Below, in pieces: positions 1 through 10,060 of a stretch of 64,000 nt of DNA (the first letter of the stretch is position 1; each line of letters opens with the position of its first letter). The notes under the pieces are model-generated. The model was given only the letters and a program-made list of their open reading frames with translations, was not told the DNA's origin and searched no databases. The DNA comes from an uncultured delta proteobacterium (GTDB lineage: Bacteria > Myxococcota > Myxococcia > SLRQ01), in the NCBI GenBank assembly GCA_963727485.1, contig CAVSGM010000002.1:704001-768000 (forward strand), in the 5' to 3' direction. Position numbers and translations under genes: made by a program.

Positions 1-566
1 TCGCCCAGGGGCCGCTGGGGATCCACGCACCCTGCCCCAAGTGCGGGGGCACCGGCCGCCTCGGCGGGCCCCCCTGCCCCACCTGCGGCGGCACCGGCCA
101 GGTCGCCGACACGGTCCACCTCAAGGTGAAGATCCCCCCGGGGATCTCCGACGGCCAGAAGATCCGCCTCGCCGGTCAGGGCCAGCCCGGGGCCCGCGGC
201 GCCAAGGCCGGCAACCTCTACCTGGTGATCCACGTGCGGCCCCACCCCCTGCTCCGGCGCGAGGGGAGCGACCTGCACCTCGACGTCCCGGTGACGGTCC
301 ACGAGGCGATGTTCGGCGCCAAGATCGACGTCCCCACCCTCGAGGGGAGCCTGAAGCTCACCGTCCCCGCGGGCTCCCAGAGCGGGCGCCAGCTGCGCCT
401 CAAGGGCAAGGGCGCGGCGCCCAAGGGGAAGACCGCCGGAGACCTCTACGTCCACCTGCTGGTGCAGGTCCCGGACCCGCAGGGCGACCGCGAGGCCGCG
501 GAGAAGGCCGCCACCGAGCTCCAGGAGCTCTACGGCGGCGACGTGCGCAAGGACCTGAAGCTCTAG
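1..566 (+). CDS. dnaJ: DnaJ/CbpA-family co-chaperone, C-terminal part (truncated by window edge)
   Basis: Frame from nt 3 reads CPKCGGTG...CPTCGGTG (DnaJ zinc-finger repeats), then the DnaJ_C domain (KIPPGISDGQKIRLAGQG...GDLYVHL). Confidence 0.9.
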   Translation, partial: AQGPLGIHAPCPKCGGTGRLGGPPCPTCGGTGQVADTVHLKVKIPPGISDGQKIRLAGQGQPGARGAKAGNLYLVIHVRPHPLLRREGSDLHLDVPVTVHEAMFGAKIDVPTLEGSLKLTVPAGSQSGRQLRLKGKGAAPKGKTAGDLYVHLLVQVPDPQGDREAAEKAATELQELYGGDVRKDLKL

Positions 567-575
567 GAGGCCGTC

Positions 576-2180
576 ATGGACCGGCGCGAGGTGATCTCCC
601 TGCTCGAGCTCGACGAGGCGTTCCTCGTGGGCCTGGAGCGCGAGGCCATCGTCCTCCCCGGGCCCGGCGGCTCCTTCGACGCCTCGGCGGTGGAGCGCAT
701 CCGCCTCTGCGCCACCCTCCAGCGGGAGCTGGGGGTGAACCTCGAGGGCGTGGAGGTGGCACTCCACCTCATGGAGATCATCGCCGACGAGCGCCGGGAG
801 TTCGCCGAGGTCCTCGCCTGGCTCCGGGAGCGGATGGCCGAGGAGGGCGCAAGGGCCTCCTTTCATGGCACACTGCGCGCGATGCCCCCCGCGCTCGCCG
901 CCCACCCCGCCCGCCCCGTCCTCGATCAGCTCCTCACCCGGGAGGCGGTCCGCGCCGAGAAGGGCGTGGCGGTGGCGCGCCTGGTGATCTGCGTGCTCGC
1001 CCTCGGGCGCCTGCTCACCTTCGGCTTCCCGGGGCTGGTCGCGGGCAGCCCCAAGGAGCTCCTCGCCCTGGCGCCGATGCTGCTGGGCATCACCTGGTCC
1101 GCGTGGATCCTGGGGTGGCGACGTCCGGCGAGCACCCGCCTCCTGCGCCTGGTGGCCTCGGTCACTGTCGACGCGCTCATCATCTACGCCGCCCTGCTCT
1201 CGGTGGTGCTCTGGCCGACCTCCGGCTACCGGGGCCTGCTCCTGGTCCCCGACGCCGGGGTGCTGCTCCTGGCCACGGTCACCGCGGGCCTGCGCCTCTC
1301 CCGGCGGGTGGCGGTGGTGGGGGTGGCGGAGATGGGCGTGGTCTCGGTGCTGCTCTTCGGCGTCGACCTCGCCCACAACCGGGGGGTGGTCGAGTACCAC
1401 ACCCTCGACCTCGGCATGTGGCTCATCCTCTATGCCGGCGCGGCGATCATCGCCCTGGCGGTCGCCTTGGGGACCCGCCGGCTGGTCTACGAGGGCGCCG
1501 ACGCGGCGTTGAGCGCCGAGCGCGCCCGCCAGCGCCTCGGCGTCTACGTCTCCGAGGAGGTCGCCGCCGAGGCCCTGGCCACCGACGCCCTCGAGGCCGG
1601 GGGCCATCGCCAGCCGGTGGCGGTGCTCTTCAGCGATCTGCGCGGCTTCACCCACTACGCCGAGCACCTCGACCCCGAGCGCCTGGTGACCGAGCTCAAC
1701 GCCTACCTCGACGCCATGGTGCACGTGATCCGCGAGGCCGGGGGCGTGGTCGACAAGTTCATCGGCGACGCCATCATGGCCGTGTTCGGGGTGCCCGCCC
1801 CCGGGGTCGACGACGCCGCCCGGGCCATCGCCGCCGCCCGGGCGATGAACGAGGCCCTGGTCCGCCACAACGCCGAGCGCGAGGCCGCCGGCCGCCCGCC
1901 CCTGCGCCACGGCATCGGCGTCCACTACGGGCCGGTGGTCGCCGGCAACATCGGCAACGCCGAGCGCCTGCAGTACACGGTCGTCGGCGACACGGTGAAC
2001 CTGGCGAGCCGCCTGGAGTCGGCCACCAAGACCCAGGGGGTGCCGGTGCTCATCTCCGGTGAGGCGGTCGCCGCCGCCCAGGCGGCCGGCGCCGACGTGG
2101 CCGCCCTCGAGGCCCTGGGCCCGGTCACGGTCCCGGGGCGCGAGGCGCCGGTGGAGGTCTTCAGCCCCCGGTCTTCTTGA
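576..2180 (+). CDS. CbpM/HspR-like MerR-type modulator (first ~90 aa) in frame with a membrane-bound class III adenylate/guanylate cyclase; possibly two genes, with the cyclase starting at ATG 882
   Basis: N-terminus has RIRLCATLQRELGVNLEGVEVALHL and sits directly after dnaJ (RBS GGAGG). Several TM helices follow, then cyclase motifs VLFSDLRGFT, DKFIGDAIMAVFG, GIGVHYG, YTVVGDTVNLASRLES. Confidence 0.8.
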   Translation: MDRREVISLLELDEAFLVGLEREAIVLPGPGGSFDASAVERIRLCATLQRELGVNLEGVEVALHLMEIIADERREFAEVLAWLRERMAEEGARASFHGTLRAMPPALAAHPARPVLDQLLTREAVRAEKGVAVARLVICVLALGRLLTFGFPGLVAGSPKELLALAPMLLGITWSAWILGWRRPASTRLLRLVASVTVDALIIYAALLSVVLWPTSGYRGLLLVPDAGVLLLATVTAGLRLSRRVAVVGVAEMGVVSVLLFGVDLAHNRGVVEYHTLDLGMWLILYAGAAIIALAVALGTRRLVYEGADAALSAERARQRLGVYVSEEVAAEALATDALEAGGHRQPVAVLFSDLRGFTHYAEHLDPERLVTELNAYLDAMVHVIREAGGVVDKFIGDAIMAVFGVPAPGVDDAARAIAAARAMNEALVRHNAEREAAGRPPLRHGIGVHYGPVVAGNIGNAERLQYTVVGDTVNLASRLESATKTQGVPVLISGEAVAAAQAAGADVAALEALGPVTVPGREAPVEVFSPRSS

Positions 2181-2904
2181 CCACCCCGTCGCCGGTGAGG
2201 TGGTAGGGCGACTCGAGCATCTCCTCGACGGTGGGCCGGTAGCCCTTCACGTTCCACCCGCGCTCGGCGAAGACCTCGAGGATCACCCGGCGCAGGCGCA
2301 TGCTGCCCTCGCCCTTCTCCTTGAAGCAGGCGAGGAGGGGATCGCGGCTCTTGCCCTCGGCGTCGAGCTGCCCGAGGGCCTCGACGGCGGCCACCACGAT
2401 GTCGCCGTCCATGTCCTCGAGGAAGAGGGTCAGGGTGTCGATGACGTCGTCGCTCGCGAGGCCCAGGTCCATGAGCTGCTTGATGAGCATGATCTGCTTG
2501 GTGCTGCCGCGCTGGTACTCGGTGGCCATCTTGCGCAGCACCTCGCAGGCGAGCTCCACGGCGTCCTGGGGGCCCTTGATCTCCACCACCGCCCGCAGCG
2601 GCCAGGTGACCGCGTCCCGCTCGAAGACGAACTTGCGGATGGGGCCGAGGGCCTTGTTGCCGAACTCCCGGAGGATCTCCAGGACCCAGCTCTTCTCCTC
2701 GTCGTCGGTGATGCCGGGCTCGACCCGGACGGTGAAGCGCATCAGCAGGCCGTAGATGGCCTCGTCGCTCCCCTCCTCGCGCAGCCGCTGGATCGCCGCC
2801 CCCCGGCCCTCGGTCTGGCCGTAGATCTGGAGGAGCTTCTTGGTGTTCTTGGCGATCGCCGACTGGCGACGCTTCTCCTTGTCGAACATGTCGAGCAGGC
2901 TCAT
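2161..2904 (-). CDS. HEAT-repeat protein
   Basis: Start MSLLDMFDKEK overlaps the upstream HAD stop (ATGA). Helical repeats such as LEDMDGDIVVAAVEALGQL. Confidence 0.7.
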   Translation of the reverse strand: MSLLDMFDKEKRRQSAIAKNTKKLLQIYGQTEGRGAAIQRLREEGSDEAIYGLLMRFTVRVEPGITDDEEKSWVLEILREFGNKALGPIRKFVFERDAVTWPLRAVVEIKGPQDAVELACEVLRKMATEYQRGSTKQIMLIKQLMDLGLASDDVIDTLTLFLEDMDGDIVVAAVEALGQLDAEGKSRDPLLACFKEKGEGSMRLRRVILEVFAERGWNVKGYRPTVEEMLESPYHLTGDGVVKKTGG

Positions 2905-3782
2905 GGGGCGCCTCCGCGGTCGACCAGCTCCAGCACCCGGCTGAAGTTGCTGATGGCGACCGCAGGCTGAATGGTCTTCTGGTCGACCTCTTCGGCGACG
3001 TTCTTCCGGGTCACGGAGCGGGCGCTGATGGCGTCGAGGCGTTCCCGGTACTCGGGGGAGATGTAGGTGCCGTACTCGGCCCACACTCCGGTGACGCCCG
3101 CCGCCTGCGCCGCGGCCATGTCCTTCTTGATGTTGTCGCCGACGAGGAGGACCGCTTCCTTGTCGAGAGAGAAGTCGTGGAGGATGCGCTCGACGCCCTT
3201 GGGGGAGGGCTTCTCGGCGTCCTCGGGGAGCTCCACCACGGTGGGCACCCGGCTCTTGTAGTAGCCCTGGCGCTCGCGTTCCTTCACCCCCTCGTCGACC
3301 ATGTCGGGGAGGGGGAAGCCCTCGAGGGTGTAGAGGCCGTCGAAGGTCTCGTCGAGGTCGAGCTGCTTGAGGCGCCGCTCCGCCGGGCCCCGGGGGGCGT
3401 CGGTCAGCGCGATGATCTTCACCCCCCGCTCGCGCAGGCCCTCGAGGCCCTCGAGGACGCCCCGGTAGGGCTTGAGGTAGCGCCGCCGGATCTCGGAGAA
3501 CGCCCGCCGCGCCGGATTGATGACGATGGCGTTGAAGGAGTCGAAGTCGTAGCTGAACTCGTGGAAGATCTGCGACTCCTGGATGGCGAAGGCGTACTCG
3601 TTGGTCCCGTGCTGCTCGTAGACCTCTTTGAGCGACTGGACGATGCGGATCCGGGGCATGCCGGTGGTCTGCTCCAGGGAGCGCACCATGGCCTCGAGGG
3701 CGGGGACGATGTAGTCCACCCAGGAGTAGAGGGTGCCGTCCATGTCGGTGATGACGGCCTGGATGTCGCGGGACGCGGGCAT
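2901..3782 (-). CDS. HAD-superfamily hydrolase
   Basis: Motif I DMDGTL, motif II ALTD, KPSP, motif IV VGDNIKKD. Confidence 0.85.
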   Translation of the reverse strand: MPASRDIQAVITDMDGTLYSWVDYIVPALEAMVRSLEQTTGMPRIRIVQSLKEVYEQHGTNEYAFAIQESQIFHEFSYDFDSFNAIVINPARRAFSEIRRRYLKPYRGVLEGLEGLRERGVKIIALTDAPRGPAERRLKQLDLDETFDGLYTLEGFPLPDMVDEGVKERERQGYYKSRVPTVVELPEDAEKPSPKGVERILHDFSLDKEAVLLVGDNIKKDMAAAQAAGVTGVWAEYGTYISPEYRERLDAISARSVTRKNVAEEVDQKTIQPAVAISNFSRVLELVDRGGAP

Positions 3783-3794
3783 GGCTCCGCTGGG

Positions 3795-3875
3795 GTTCTA
3801 GCCCTGCCGCGCCGCGTCGTCAAAGCGGACCCGCGGCCCGGGGCGATTGCCCTGGCCCGGCCGGCTCGATACCTT
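3795..3875. promoter_or_regulatory. Back-to-back sigma70-like promoters for the HAD gene (minus) and cls (plus)
   Basis: Minus strand TTGACG(3823-3818)-17-TAGAAC(3800-3795). Plus strand TTGCCC(3847-3852)-17-TACCTT(3870-3875), with GTG 6 nt downstream. Confidence 0.5.
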
Positions 3876-3881
3876 GCGCCC

Positions 3882-5126
3882 GTGGCGGACTCGGAGGCGA
3901 CGCCGGAGGGGGACCAGGAGGCGGCGCCGGCCGTCTCCTCGCCGGCGCCCGCCCCCCGGCGCTGGGGCCGCCGGCTGCGCAGCCGCGCGCTGCGCCGGGC
4001 CAACCGCCGGCGCTGGCCCTACCCGGAGACCTACGTCCCGGGCAACGGCCTCACCGTCTTCCACGAGGGGGGCGCCTGCTACGCCGCGATGCTCGAGGCC
4101 ATCGACGGCGCCCGGGCCACGATCCACCTGGAGACCTACCTCCTGCGCTCGGACCACACCGGGTGGCGCTTCGCCCGGGCGCTCGCCGCCGCCGCCGACC
4201 GGGGGGTGGAGGTGGCGTTCATGTACGACGCCATCGGCGGGATCACCGTGAGCTCGGACTTCGTACGCCACCTCGAGGACCACGGGGTCCGGGTCCTGGT
4301 CTACCACCCGCCCTGGCCCTGGAAGCGCGGCTGGGGCCTCATCCGCCGCGACCACCGCAAGATCCTCGCCGTCGACGGCCGGGTGGGCTTCGTGGGCGGG
4401 ATGAACATCTCCGACCACCACGCGCCCATGGCCGACGGCGGCCAGGCCTGGCTCGACACCCACGTGCGCCTCGAGGGGCCGGCGGTGGTCTCCCTCGACC
4501 GCCTCTTCCTCGAGGAGTGGGTCCACCAGGGCGGCCACCTGCTCACCGACCCCGAGGCGGCGCCGACCCACGACCACGGGGTGGCGGTGCGGGTGGTGGA
4601 GAACCGCTTCCTCGCGCGCCGGGCCCTGGTGCGCGCCGCCTACCAGGACGCCCTCGCGTACGCCGAGAAGCGCATCTGGATCACCTCCAGCTACTTCGTC
4701 CCCGACCGGCGCTTCCTCCGGGCGCTCACGGGCGCCGCCGCCCGCGGGGTGGACGTGCGGGTCATCGTCGCCGGGAACACCGACGTGCGGCTGGCCAAGT
4801 GGGCAGGCGAGCACGTCTACGAGCGGCTGCTGGCCGCCGGGGTGCGGATCTTCGAGTGGACCCGGACGGTGCTCCACGCCAAGACCGCGGTGGTCGACTC
4901 GCGGTGGTCCACGGTGGGCACCTACAACCTCGACCACCGCAGCTACCGGGCGAACCTCGAGGTCAACGCCATGATCCTCGACGACGGGGTCGCCGGTCAG
5001 CTCGAGGCGATCTTCCTCGAGGACATGGGGCGCAGCGACGAGGTGCTGCTCAGCGAGTGGACGCGGCGGTCGTGGTGGCGACGGCTGCGCAGCTGGGTGG
5101 CGTGGCGGTTTCGCAGCTGGCTTTGA
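3882..5126 (+). CDS. cls: Cardiolipin synthase, ClsB-like (phospholipase D family)
   Basis: Two HKD motifs, HRKILAVDG...GGMN and HAKTAVVDS...GTYNLD. Start re-assigned to GTG 3882. Confidence 0.85.
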   Translation: MADSEATPEGDQEAAPAVSSPAPAPRRWGRRLRSRALRRANRRRWPYPETYVPGNGLTVFHEGGACYAAMLEAIDGARATIHLETYLLRSDHTGWRFARALAAAADRGVEVAFMYDAIGGITVSSDFVRHLEDHGVRVLVYHPPWPWKRGWGLIRRDHRKILAVDGRVGFVGGMNISDHHAPMADGGQAWLDTHVRLEGPAVVSLDRLFLEEWVHQGGHLLTDPEAAPTHDHGVAVRVVENRFLARRALVRAAYQDALAYAEKRIWITSSYFVPDRRFLRALTGAAARGVDVRVIVAGNTDVRLAKWAGEHVYERLLAAGVRIFEWTRTVLHAKTAVVDSRWSTVGTYNLDHRSYRANLEVNAMILDDGVAGQLEAIFLEDMGRSDEVLLSEWTRRSWWRRLRSWVAWRFRSWL

Positions 5127-5136
5127 CGCCCGCCGC

Positions 5137-5832
5137 CTACACGTCCGACCGGCTGATGTCCCCGCCCACCAAAAACGCGTGCTTGAGCAGGATCGCCTTC
5201 CCGTTCATCTCCACGTACCCGCGCTTGGCGAAGTCGTTCAGCGCCCGCGAGACCGTCTCCCGGCTGGTGCCGATCATCGCCGCGATGTCCTGCTGGGTCG
5301 GCCGCTCCTTGATGAGGATGCCCTCGTCGGTCTCCTCGCCGTCCCGGTCGGCGAGCTCCCGGAGCATCCGCGCCACCCGGCCGTAGACGTCGAGGAGCGC
5401 CAGGGATCCGATGACCTCGTCGGCGCGGCGGAGCCGCCCGGTCATCTCCTGGAGCACCGAGATCGCGGTCTGCGGGTAGTCGCGCAGGTGGCGGAGGAAG
5501 GCCTCGCGCTTGAGCACCAGGACCGTGGTGTCCTCCACCGCCTGCACCGTCGCCGACCGGGGCTGGTTGTCGAGGATCGACATCTCGCCGAAGAAGTCCC
5601 CGGGGCGGAAGAGGTAGAGGATCATCTCCCGGCCGCTCTCGCCGAGGAGGACCGCCTTGGCCCGGCCGCTGGCGATGATGTAGAGGGCGTCGCCGGCCTC
5701 CTCGTGGCCGACCACGATGGCGTCCTTGCCGTAGCTGTGGGGCACGAAGAGCCGCTCGAGGTCGTCGAGACCCCGGTCGTCGAGGTCGGCGAAGATGCTG
5801 ACCCGCTTCAGGAGATCACGGTGCTTGCCCAT
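5137..5832 (-). CDS. Crp/Fnr-family transcriptional regulator
   Basis: cNMP pocket FFGEMSILDNQPRSATVQA; HTH TQQDIAAMIGTSRETVSRAL. Confidence 0.92.
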   Translation of the reverse strand: MGKHRDLLKRVSIFADLDDRGLDDLERLFVPHSYGKDAIVVGHEEAGDALYIIASGRAKAVLLGESGREMILYLFRPGDFFGEMSILDNQPRSATVQAVEDTTVLVLKREAFLRHLRDYPQTAISVLQEMTGRLRRADEVIGSLALLDVYGRVARMLRELADRDGEETDEGILIKERPTQQDIAAMIGTSRETVSRALNDFAKRGYVEMNGKAILLKHAFLVGGDISRSDV

Positions 5833-5863
5833 CGAGCGTTCCCCCAGGGACAAAGGTGCGGCG

Positions 5864-5893
5864 AGCGTACTTTGCGCCTCGCGAGGGGGTCAA
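5864..5893 (-). promoter_or_regulatory. sigma70-like promoter of the Crp gene
   Basis: TTGACC-18-TACGCT on the minus strand. Confidence 0.45.
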
Positions 5894-6043
5894 GGGACGC
5901 CCCGGCGTCCCCCGACGGGGCGCCTGGACCCGCCGGGACGGGCGCCTGGACCGCCCGAAACGGGCCCCGGGCCCCGCGGCGCGGCCCCCAGGAGGTCGCG
6001 CGCCTTGCCGCCCCCGTGGGCCGTGCGCTAACGTCCCGCCGCC

Positions 6044-7366
6044 ATGGCATCCGACGTCCACGCGGCCCGTCGCGCGCGCCTCCTCGAGGCCCTCGGCGAC
6101 GGCGTCGCCATCCTGCCCTCCGCCCCCGAGCAGCCCCGGAACGGCGACAACACCTACCCGTTCCGCCAGGACTCGGACCTCTGGTACCTCACCGGCTTCC
6201 CCGAGCCGGAGACCGTGGCCGTCCTCTCGGGGAAGCGCGAGGCGGCCTTCACCCTCTTCGTCCGCCCCCGGAACCCGGCCATGGAGACCTGGACCGGCTA
6301 CCGCCAGGGCGTCGACGGGGCGAGGTCCCGCTACGGGGCCGCCGAGGCGTACCCCATCTCCGAGCTCCCCGACCGCCTCCCGGAGATCCTCCTGGGCCAC
6401 GACCGGGTGGTCTACCCGCTGGGTCGCCAGCCCCACCTCGACGAGCGGGTCCGGGACACCCTCGCGGCCCTGCGCGACCGCCAGCGCGACGGCCGACAAA
6501 TCCCCGGGAGCATCGTCGACCCCTCGACGCTCCTCCACGACCTGCGCCTCCACAAGGACGCGGAGGAGGTCGAGACCATGCGCCGCGCCGGCCGCCTCTC
6601 CTGCGACGGCCACGCCGCGGCCATGCGCGCGGTGAAGCCGGGGATGTGCGAGTCCGACGTCCAGGCGATCCTCGAGTACGTCTTCCGCCGGGGCGGGGCC
6701 CAGGCCGTGGCCTACCCCTCCATCTGCGCCGGGGGCGCCCACGGGTGCGTCCTCCACTACGTGGAGAACGACGCCATCCTCGACGACGGCGACCTGCTCC
6801 TGGTCGACGCCGGCGCCGAGGTCGACGGCTACGCCGGGGACGTCACCCGGACCTTCCCGGTCGGCGGGCACTTCACCGACGTCCAGCGCCAGGTCTACGA
6901 GGTGGTCCTCGAGGCCCAGCGGCGGGCCATCGAGGCCGTGCGCCCCGGAGCGCTGTTCACCGACCCCCACCAGGCGGCGCTGAAGATCCTGGTCGCCGGG
7001 ATGGTGCGCCTCGGCCTCCTCGAGGGCGAGGTCGACGACCTCATCGAGCGCGCCGCCTACAAGCCCTACTACATGCACCGGACCAGCCACTGGCTCGGGC
7101 TCGACGTCCACGACGTGGGCAGCTACTACGAGGCCGACGGCGACGCCCGGCAGCTCGCCCCGGGGATGGTGCTGACCATCGAGCCGGGCCTCTACGTCCC
7201 GCCGGACGACGAGAACGCCCCGGCCCACCTCCGGGGCCTCGGCATCCGCATCGAGGACGACGTCCTGGTCACCGCGGACGGCCACGAGGTCCTCTCGGTG
7301 GGCGCCCCCACCGACCCCGACGAGATCGAAGCCCTGATGGCCGAGCCCGCCGGGCTCCCGGGGTAG
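6044..7366 (+). CDS. pepP: Xaa-Pro aminopeptidase (M24B)
   Basis: [57 protein letters not shown]. Confidence 0.95.
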   Translation: MASDVHAARRARLLEALGDGVAILPSAPEQPRNGDNTYPFRQDSDLWYLTGFPEPETVAVLSGKREAAFTLFVRPRNPAMETWTGYRQGVDGARSRYGAAEAYPISELPDRLPEILLGHDRVVYPLGRQPHLDERVRDTLAALRDRQRDGRQIPGSIVDPSTLLHDLRLHKDAEEVETMRRAGRLSCDGHAAAMRAVKPGMCESDVQAILEYVFRRGGAQAVAYPSICAGGAHGCVLHYVENDAILDDGDLLLVDAGAEVDGYAGDVTRTFPVGGHFTDVQRQVYEVVLEAQRRAIEAVRPGALFTDPHQAALKILVAGMVRLGLLEGEVDDLIERAAYKPYYMHRTSHWLGLDVHDVGSYYEADGDARQLAPGMVLTIEPGLYVPPDDENAPAHLRGLGIRIEDDVLVTADGHEVLSVGAPTDPDEIEALMAEPAGLPG

Positions 7367-7368
7367 CC

Positions 7369-7572
7369 ATGGACGTGCGCGTCAACGGCGAGGACCAGCA
7401 GCTCCCCGAGGGTCTGACCGTCGCCGGGCTCCTCGCCCACCTGGAGATCCAGGAGACCCGGGTCGCCGTCGAGCGCAACCGGGAGATCGTGCCCAAGATG
7501 GCCTACGAAACCACTCCCATCGAAGCCGGCGACGAGATCGAGATCGTCTGGTTCGTCGGCGGAGGCGCCTAG
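7369..7572 (+). CDS. thiS: Sulfur carrier protein ThiS
   Basis: MDVRVNGE...[11 protein letters not shown]...[14 protein letters not shown]; lies directly before thiG. Confidence 0.92.
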   Translation: MDVRVNGEDQQLPEGLTVAGLLAHLEIQETRVAVERNREIVPKMAYETTPIEAGDEIEIVWFVGGGA

Positions 7573-7574
7573 AG

Positions 7575-8357
7575 ATGAGCACCCAGGAAGACGTCCTGAA
7601 GGTCGGCGAGCACACCTTCACCAGCCGCCTCATCGTCGGCACCGGCAAGTACGCCGACTTCCCGACCATGAAGCAGGCCATCACCGAGTCCGGGGCAGAG
7701 ATGGTCACCGTCGCCGTGCGCCGGGTGGACCTCTCGGCCAAGGGCGAGGAGAGCATGCTCAACTGGCTGCCCGAGGGCACCACCCTGCTCCCCAACACCG
7801 CCGGCTGCTACACCGCCGACGAGGCCGTGCGCACCGCCCGGCTGGCCCGCGAGGCCGCCATGGGCAGCCTGGTGAAGCTCGAGATCATCGGCGACAAGCA
7901 GACCCTCTTCCCCGACAACCGGGCGACCCTCGAGGCCGCCGAGACCCTGCTGGCCGACGGGTTCACGGTGATGCCCTACTGCAGCGACGACCCGGTGGTC
8001 TGCCGGCAGCTCGCCGAGCTCGGGTGCCACGCGGTGATGCCGCTGGCCGCCCCCATCGGCTCGGGCCTGGGGATCCGCAACCCCTACAACCTCCGGATCA
8101 TCCTGGAGCAGGCCACCGTGCCCGTCATCGTCGACGCCGGGGTCGGCACCGCCTCCGACGCCGCGGTGGCCATGGAGCTCGGGGTCGCGGGCCTGTTGAT
8201 GAACACCGCCATCGCCAAGGCCGACGACCCGGTGCGCATGGCCCGGGCGATGCGGAAGGCCACCGAGGCGGGCCGGGACGCGTTCCTCGCCGGGCGCATC
8301 CCCACCAAGCTCTACGCCACCGCCTCCAGCCCCCTGGGCGGCGTGGTGGGGACCTGA
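7575..8357 (+). CDS. thiG: Thiazole synthase
   Basis: [46 protein letters not shown]. Confidence 0.97.
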   Translation: MSTQEDVLKVGEHTFTSRLIVGTGKYADFPTMKQAITESGAEMVTVAVRRVDLSAKGEESMLNWLPEGTTLLPNTAGCYTADEAVRTARLAREAAMGSLVKLEIIGDKQTLFPDNRATLEAAETLLADGFTVMPYCSDDPVVCRQLAELGCHAVMPLAAPIGSGLGIRNPYNLRIILEQATVPVIVDAGVGTASDAAVAMELGVAGLLMNTAIAKADDPVRMARAMRKATEAGRDAFLAGRIPTKLYATASSPLGGVVGT

Positions 8358-8369
8358 CGCGGGATCCCC

Positions 8370-9023
8370 GTGACGCCGAGCTTCCGCCTGCTGCTCATCA
8401 CCGACCGACGGGTGACCGAGGACCTCGTCGCCACCGTGACCGCGGCCCTCACCTTCGCCCCCGCAGGCGCGGTGGCGGTGATGCTCCGGGAGAAGGACCT
8501 GCCCGGCCGGGCGCTCCTGGCCCTGGCCCGGCGCCTCCGGGCGGTGACGGCCGCCACCGGCGCCGCGCTCCTGGTGAACGACCGGGTGGACGTGGCCCTC
8601 GAGGCCGGTGCCGACGGAGTGCACCTCCCGGCGGCGGGGATCCCCGTCGCCGAGGCCCGCCGGCGCCTGGGCCCCGAACGTCTCGTGGGCGTGTCCACCC
8701 ACGGCGCCGCCGAGGTCGCTGCCGCGGCCGCCGCCGGGGCCGACTACGCCACCTTCGGCCCGGTCTTCGACACCCCGAGCAAGCGCCGCTACGGCCCGCC
8801 TCCCGGGCTCGAGGCGCTGGCCGCCGCCGCCCGGGAGCCCCTGCCCCTCTACGGCCTCGGGGGCGTCGATCCAGGGAACGCCGACGCGGTCCGCGCCGCC
8901 GGGGCCGCCGGCGTCGCCTGCATCCGCGCCGTCCTCGCCGCGGCCGATCCCGCGGCCGCCGTCGCCGCCCTCCTCCACCCCGCGCCGCGCGCCACCGCGG
9001 TGGCCCCCGGGAGCCGCCCGTGA
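8370..9023 (+). CDS. thiE: Thiamine-phosphate synthase / TenI family
   Basis: LREKDL, VNDRVDVA...ADGVHL, GVSTH, GPVFDTPSK, LGGV. Confidence 0.85.
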   Translation: MTPSFRLLLITDRRVTEDLVATVTAALTFAPAGAVAVMLREKDLPGRALLALARRLRAVTAATGAALLVNDRVDVALEAGADGVHLPAAGIPVAEARRRLGPERLVGVSTHGAAEVAAAAAAGADYATFGPVFDTPSKRRYGPPPGLEALAAAAREPLPLYGLGGVDPGNADAVRAAGAAGVACIRAVLAAADPAAAVAALLHPAPRATAVAPGSRP

Positions 9024-10060
9024 GCACCCCCATCCCCGCCCGCGCCGTCTCCGAGGCGCCGGTCGCAGGCCACGTCCGCCCCCTCTCGGTGGGCGACCTC
9101 CTCGACGTGGCCCTGCGCCTCTACCGGGCCCACTTCAAGGCGTTCTTCCTGGTGATGCTCGCCATCGAGGTCCCGGTGTTCCTGGTGCAGCGGGTCTACG
9201 AGAGCGTCTCCCACGGCCTGGTGAACCTCCGGGCCCTGACCGCCGGCGCCAACCCGGCGACCGCCCTCCATCCGGTGGCCCTGGCAGAGATGCTCGCCCT
9301 CTTCGGGGTGCTCCTGGTGCTGGTGGGCGTGGCCCAGGGCGGAGTGATGCTCGCCGGCAACGAGGCCTGGCACGGCCGCCCGGTGCGCCCGGTCGCCGCC
9401 CTCGCCGCCCTCGGTCGCCGGGTGGTGCCCCTGGTGCTCACCTACGTCCTGGTGCTGGTCCTGGCCACCCTCGCGGCCGTCGTCGGGGCCCTCCCGGGGA
9501 TGGCGGTGACCTTCGGGACCGTCTTCGTCGCCGCCTCCCAGCACCTGGGCCCGGGCCTCATCGTCTTCGCCAGCGTCCTCGGCAGCGTCGTGGTGCTCGT
9601 GGGGGTCGTGGTGGCGGCGCTCTTCCTCTACCTGCGGTGGTACGTGGTGGTGCCCACCGTGGTCCTCGAGGGCCTCTCGGGCTTCGGGTCCCTCAAGCGC
9701 AGCGCCGCCCTGATGCGCGGGCGCGTCGAGCCGGGGTTCTTCGGCCGGGTGGAGGTCCGGGCGAGCCTGCTCCTGCTGGTGGTCTTCTTCCTGCTCCTGG
9801 TGCCCCAGCTCCTGGTGGGCGTGCCCCACTTCCTCCTGATGCACGCCTACGCGCCCGCCAAGGGCGTCCTCGATCCCCTCTCGGTGCCCTTCGCCCTGCG
9901 CTTCCCCCTGGAGCTGGTGGAGCTGCTCCTGGCGACGGTGGTAACGCCCTTCAGCGTGCTGGCGAGCCTGGTGTTCTACTTCGACCTCCGGGTGCGCCGG
10001 GAGGGCTACGACCTCGAGCTCCGGGCCCGGGCCCTGGGCGGCGAGGGGGCCGGCGGGTGA
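9020..10060 (+). CDS. Multi-pass membrane protein typical of MoxR/DUF58 clusters
   Basis: RPLSVGDLLDVALRLYR N-terminus and YFDLRVRREGYDL C-terminus; GTGA overlap with thiE. Confidence 0.7.
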   Translation: MSTPIPARAVSEAPVAGHVRPLSVGDLLDVALRLYRAHFKAFFLVMLAIEVPVFLVQRVYESVSHGLVNLRALTAGANPATALHPVALAEMLALFGVLLVLVGVAQGGVMLAGNEAWHGRPVRPVAALAALGRRVVPLVLTYVLVLVLATLAAVVGALPGMAVTFGTVFVAASQHLGPGLIVFASVLGSVVVLVGVVVAALFLYLRWYVVVPTVVLEGLSGFGSLKRSAALMRGRVEPGFFGRVEVRASLLLLVVFFLLLVPQLLVGVPHFLLMHAYAPAKGVLDPLSVPFALRFPLELVELLLATVVTPFSVLASLVFYFDLRVRREGYDLELRARALGGEGAGG

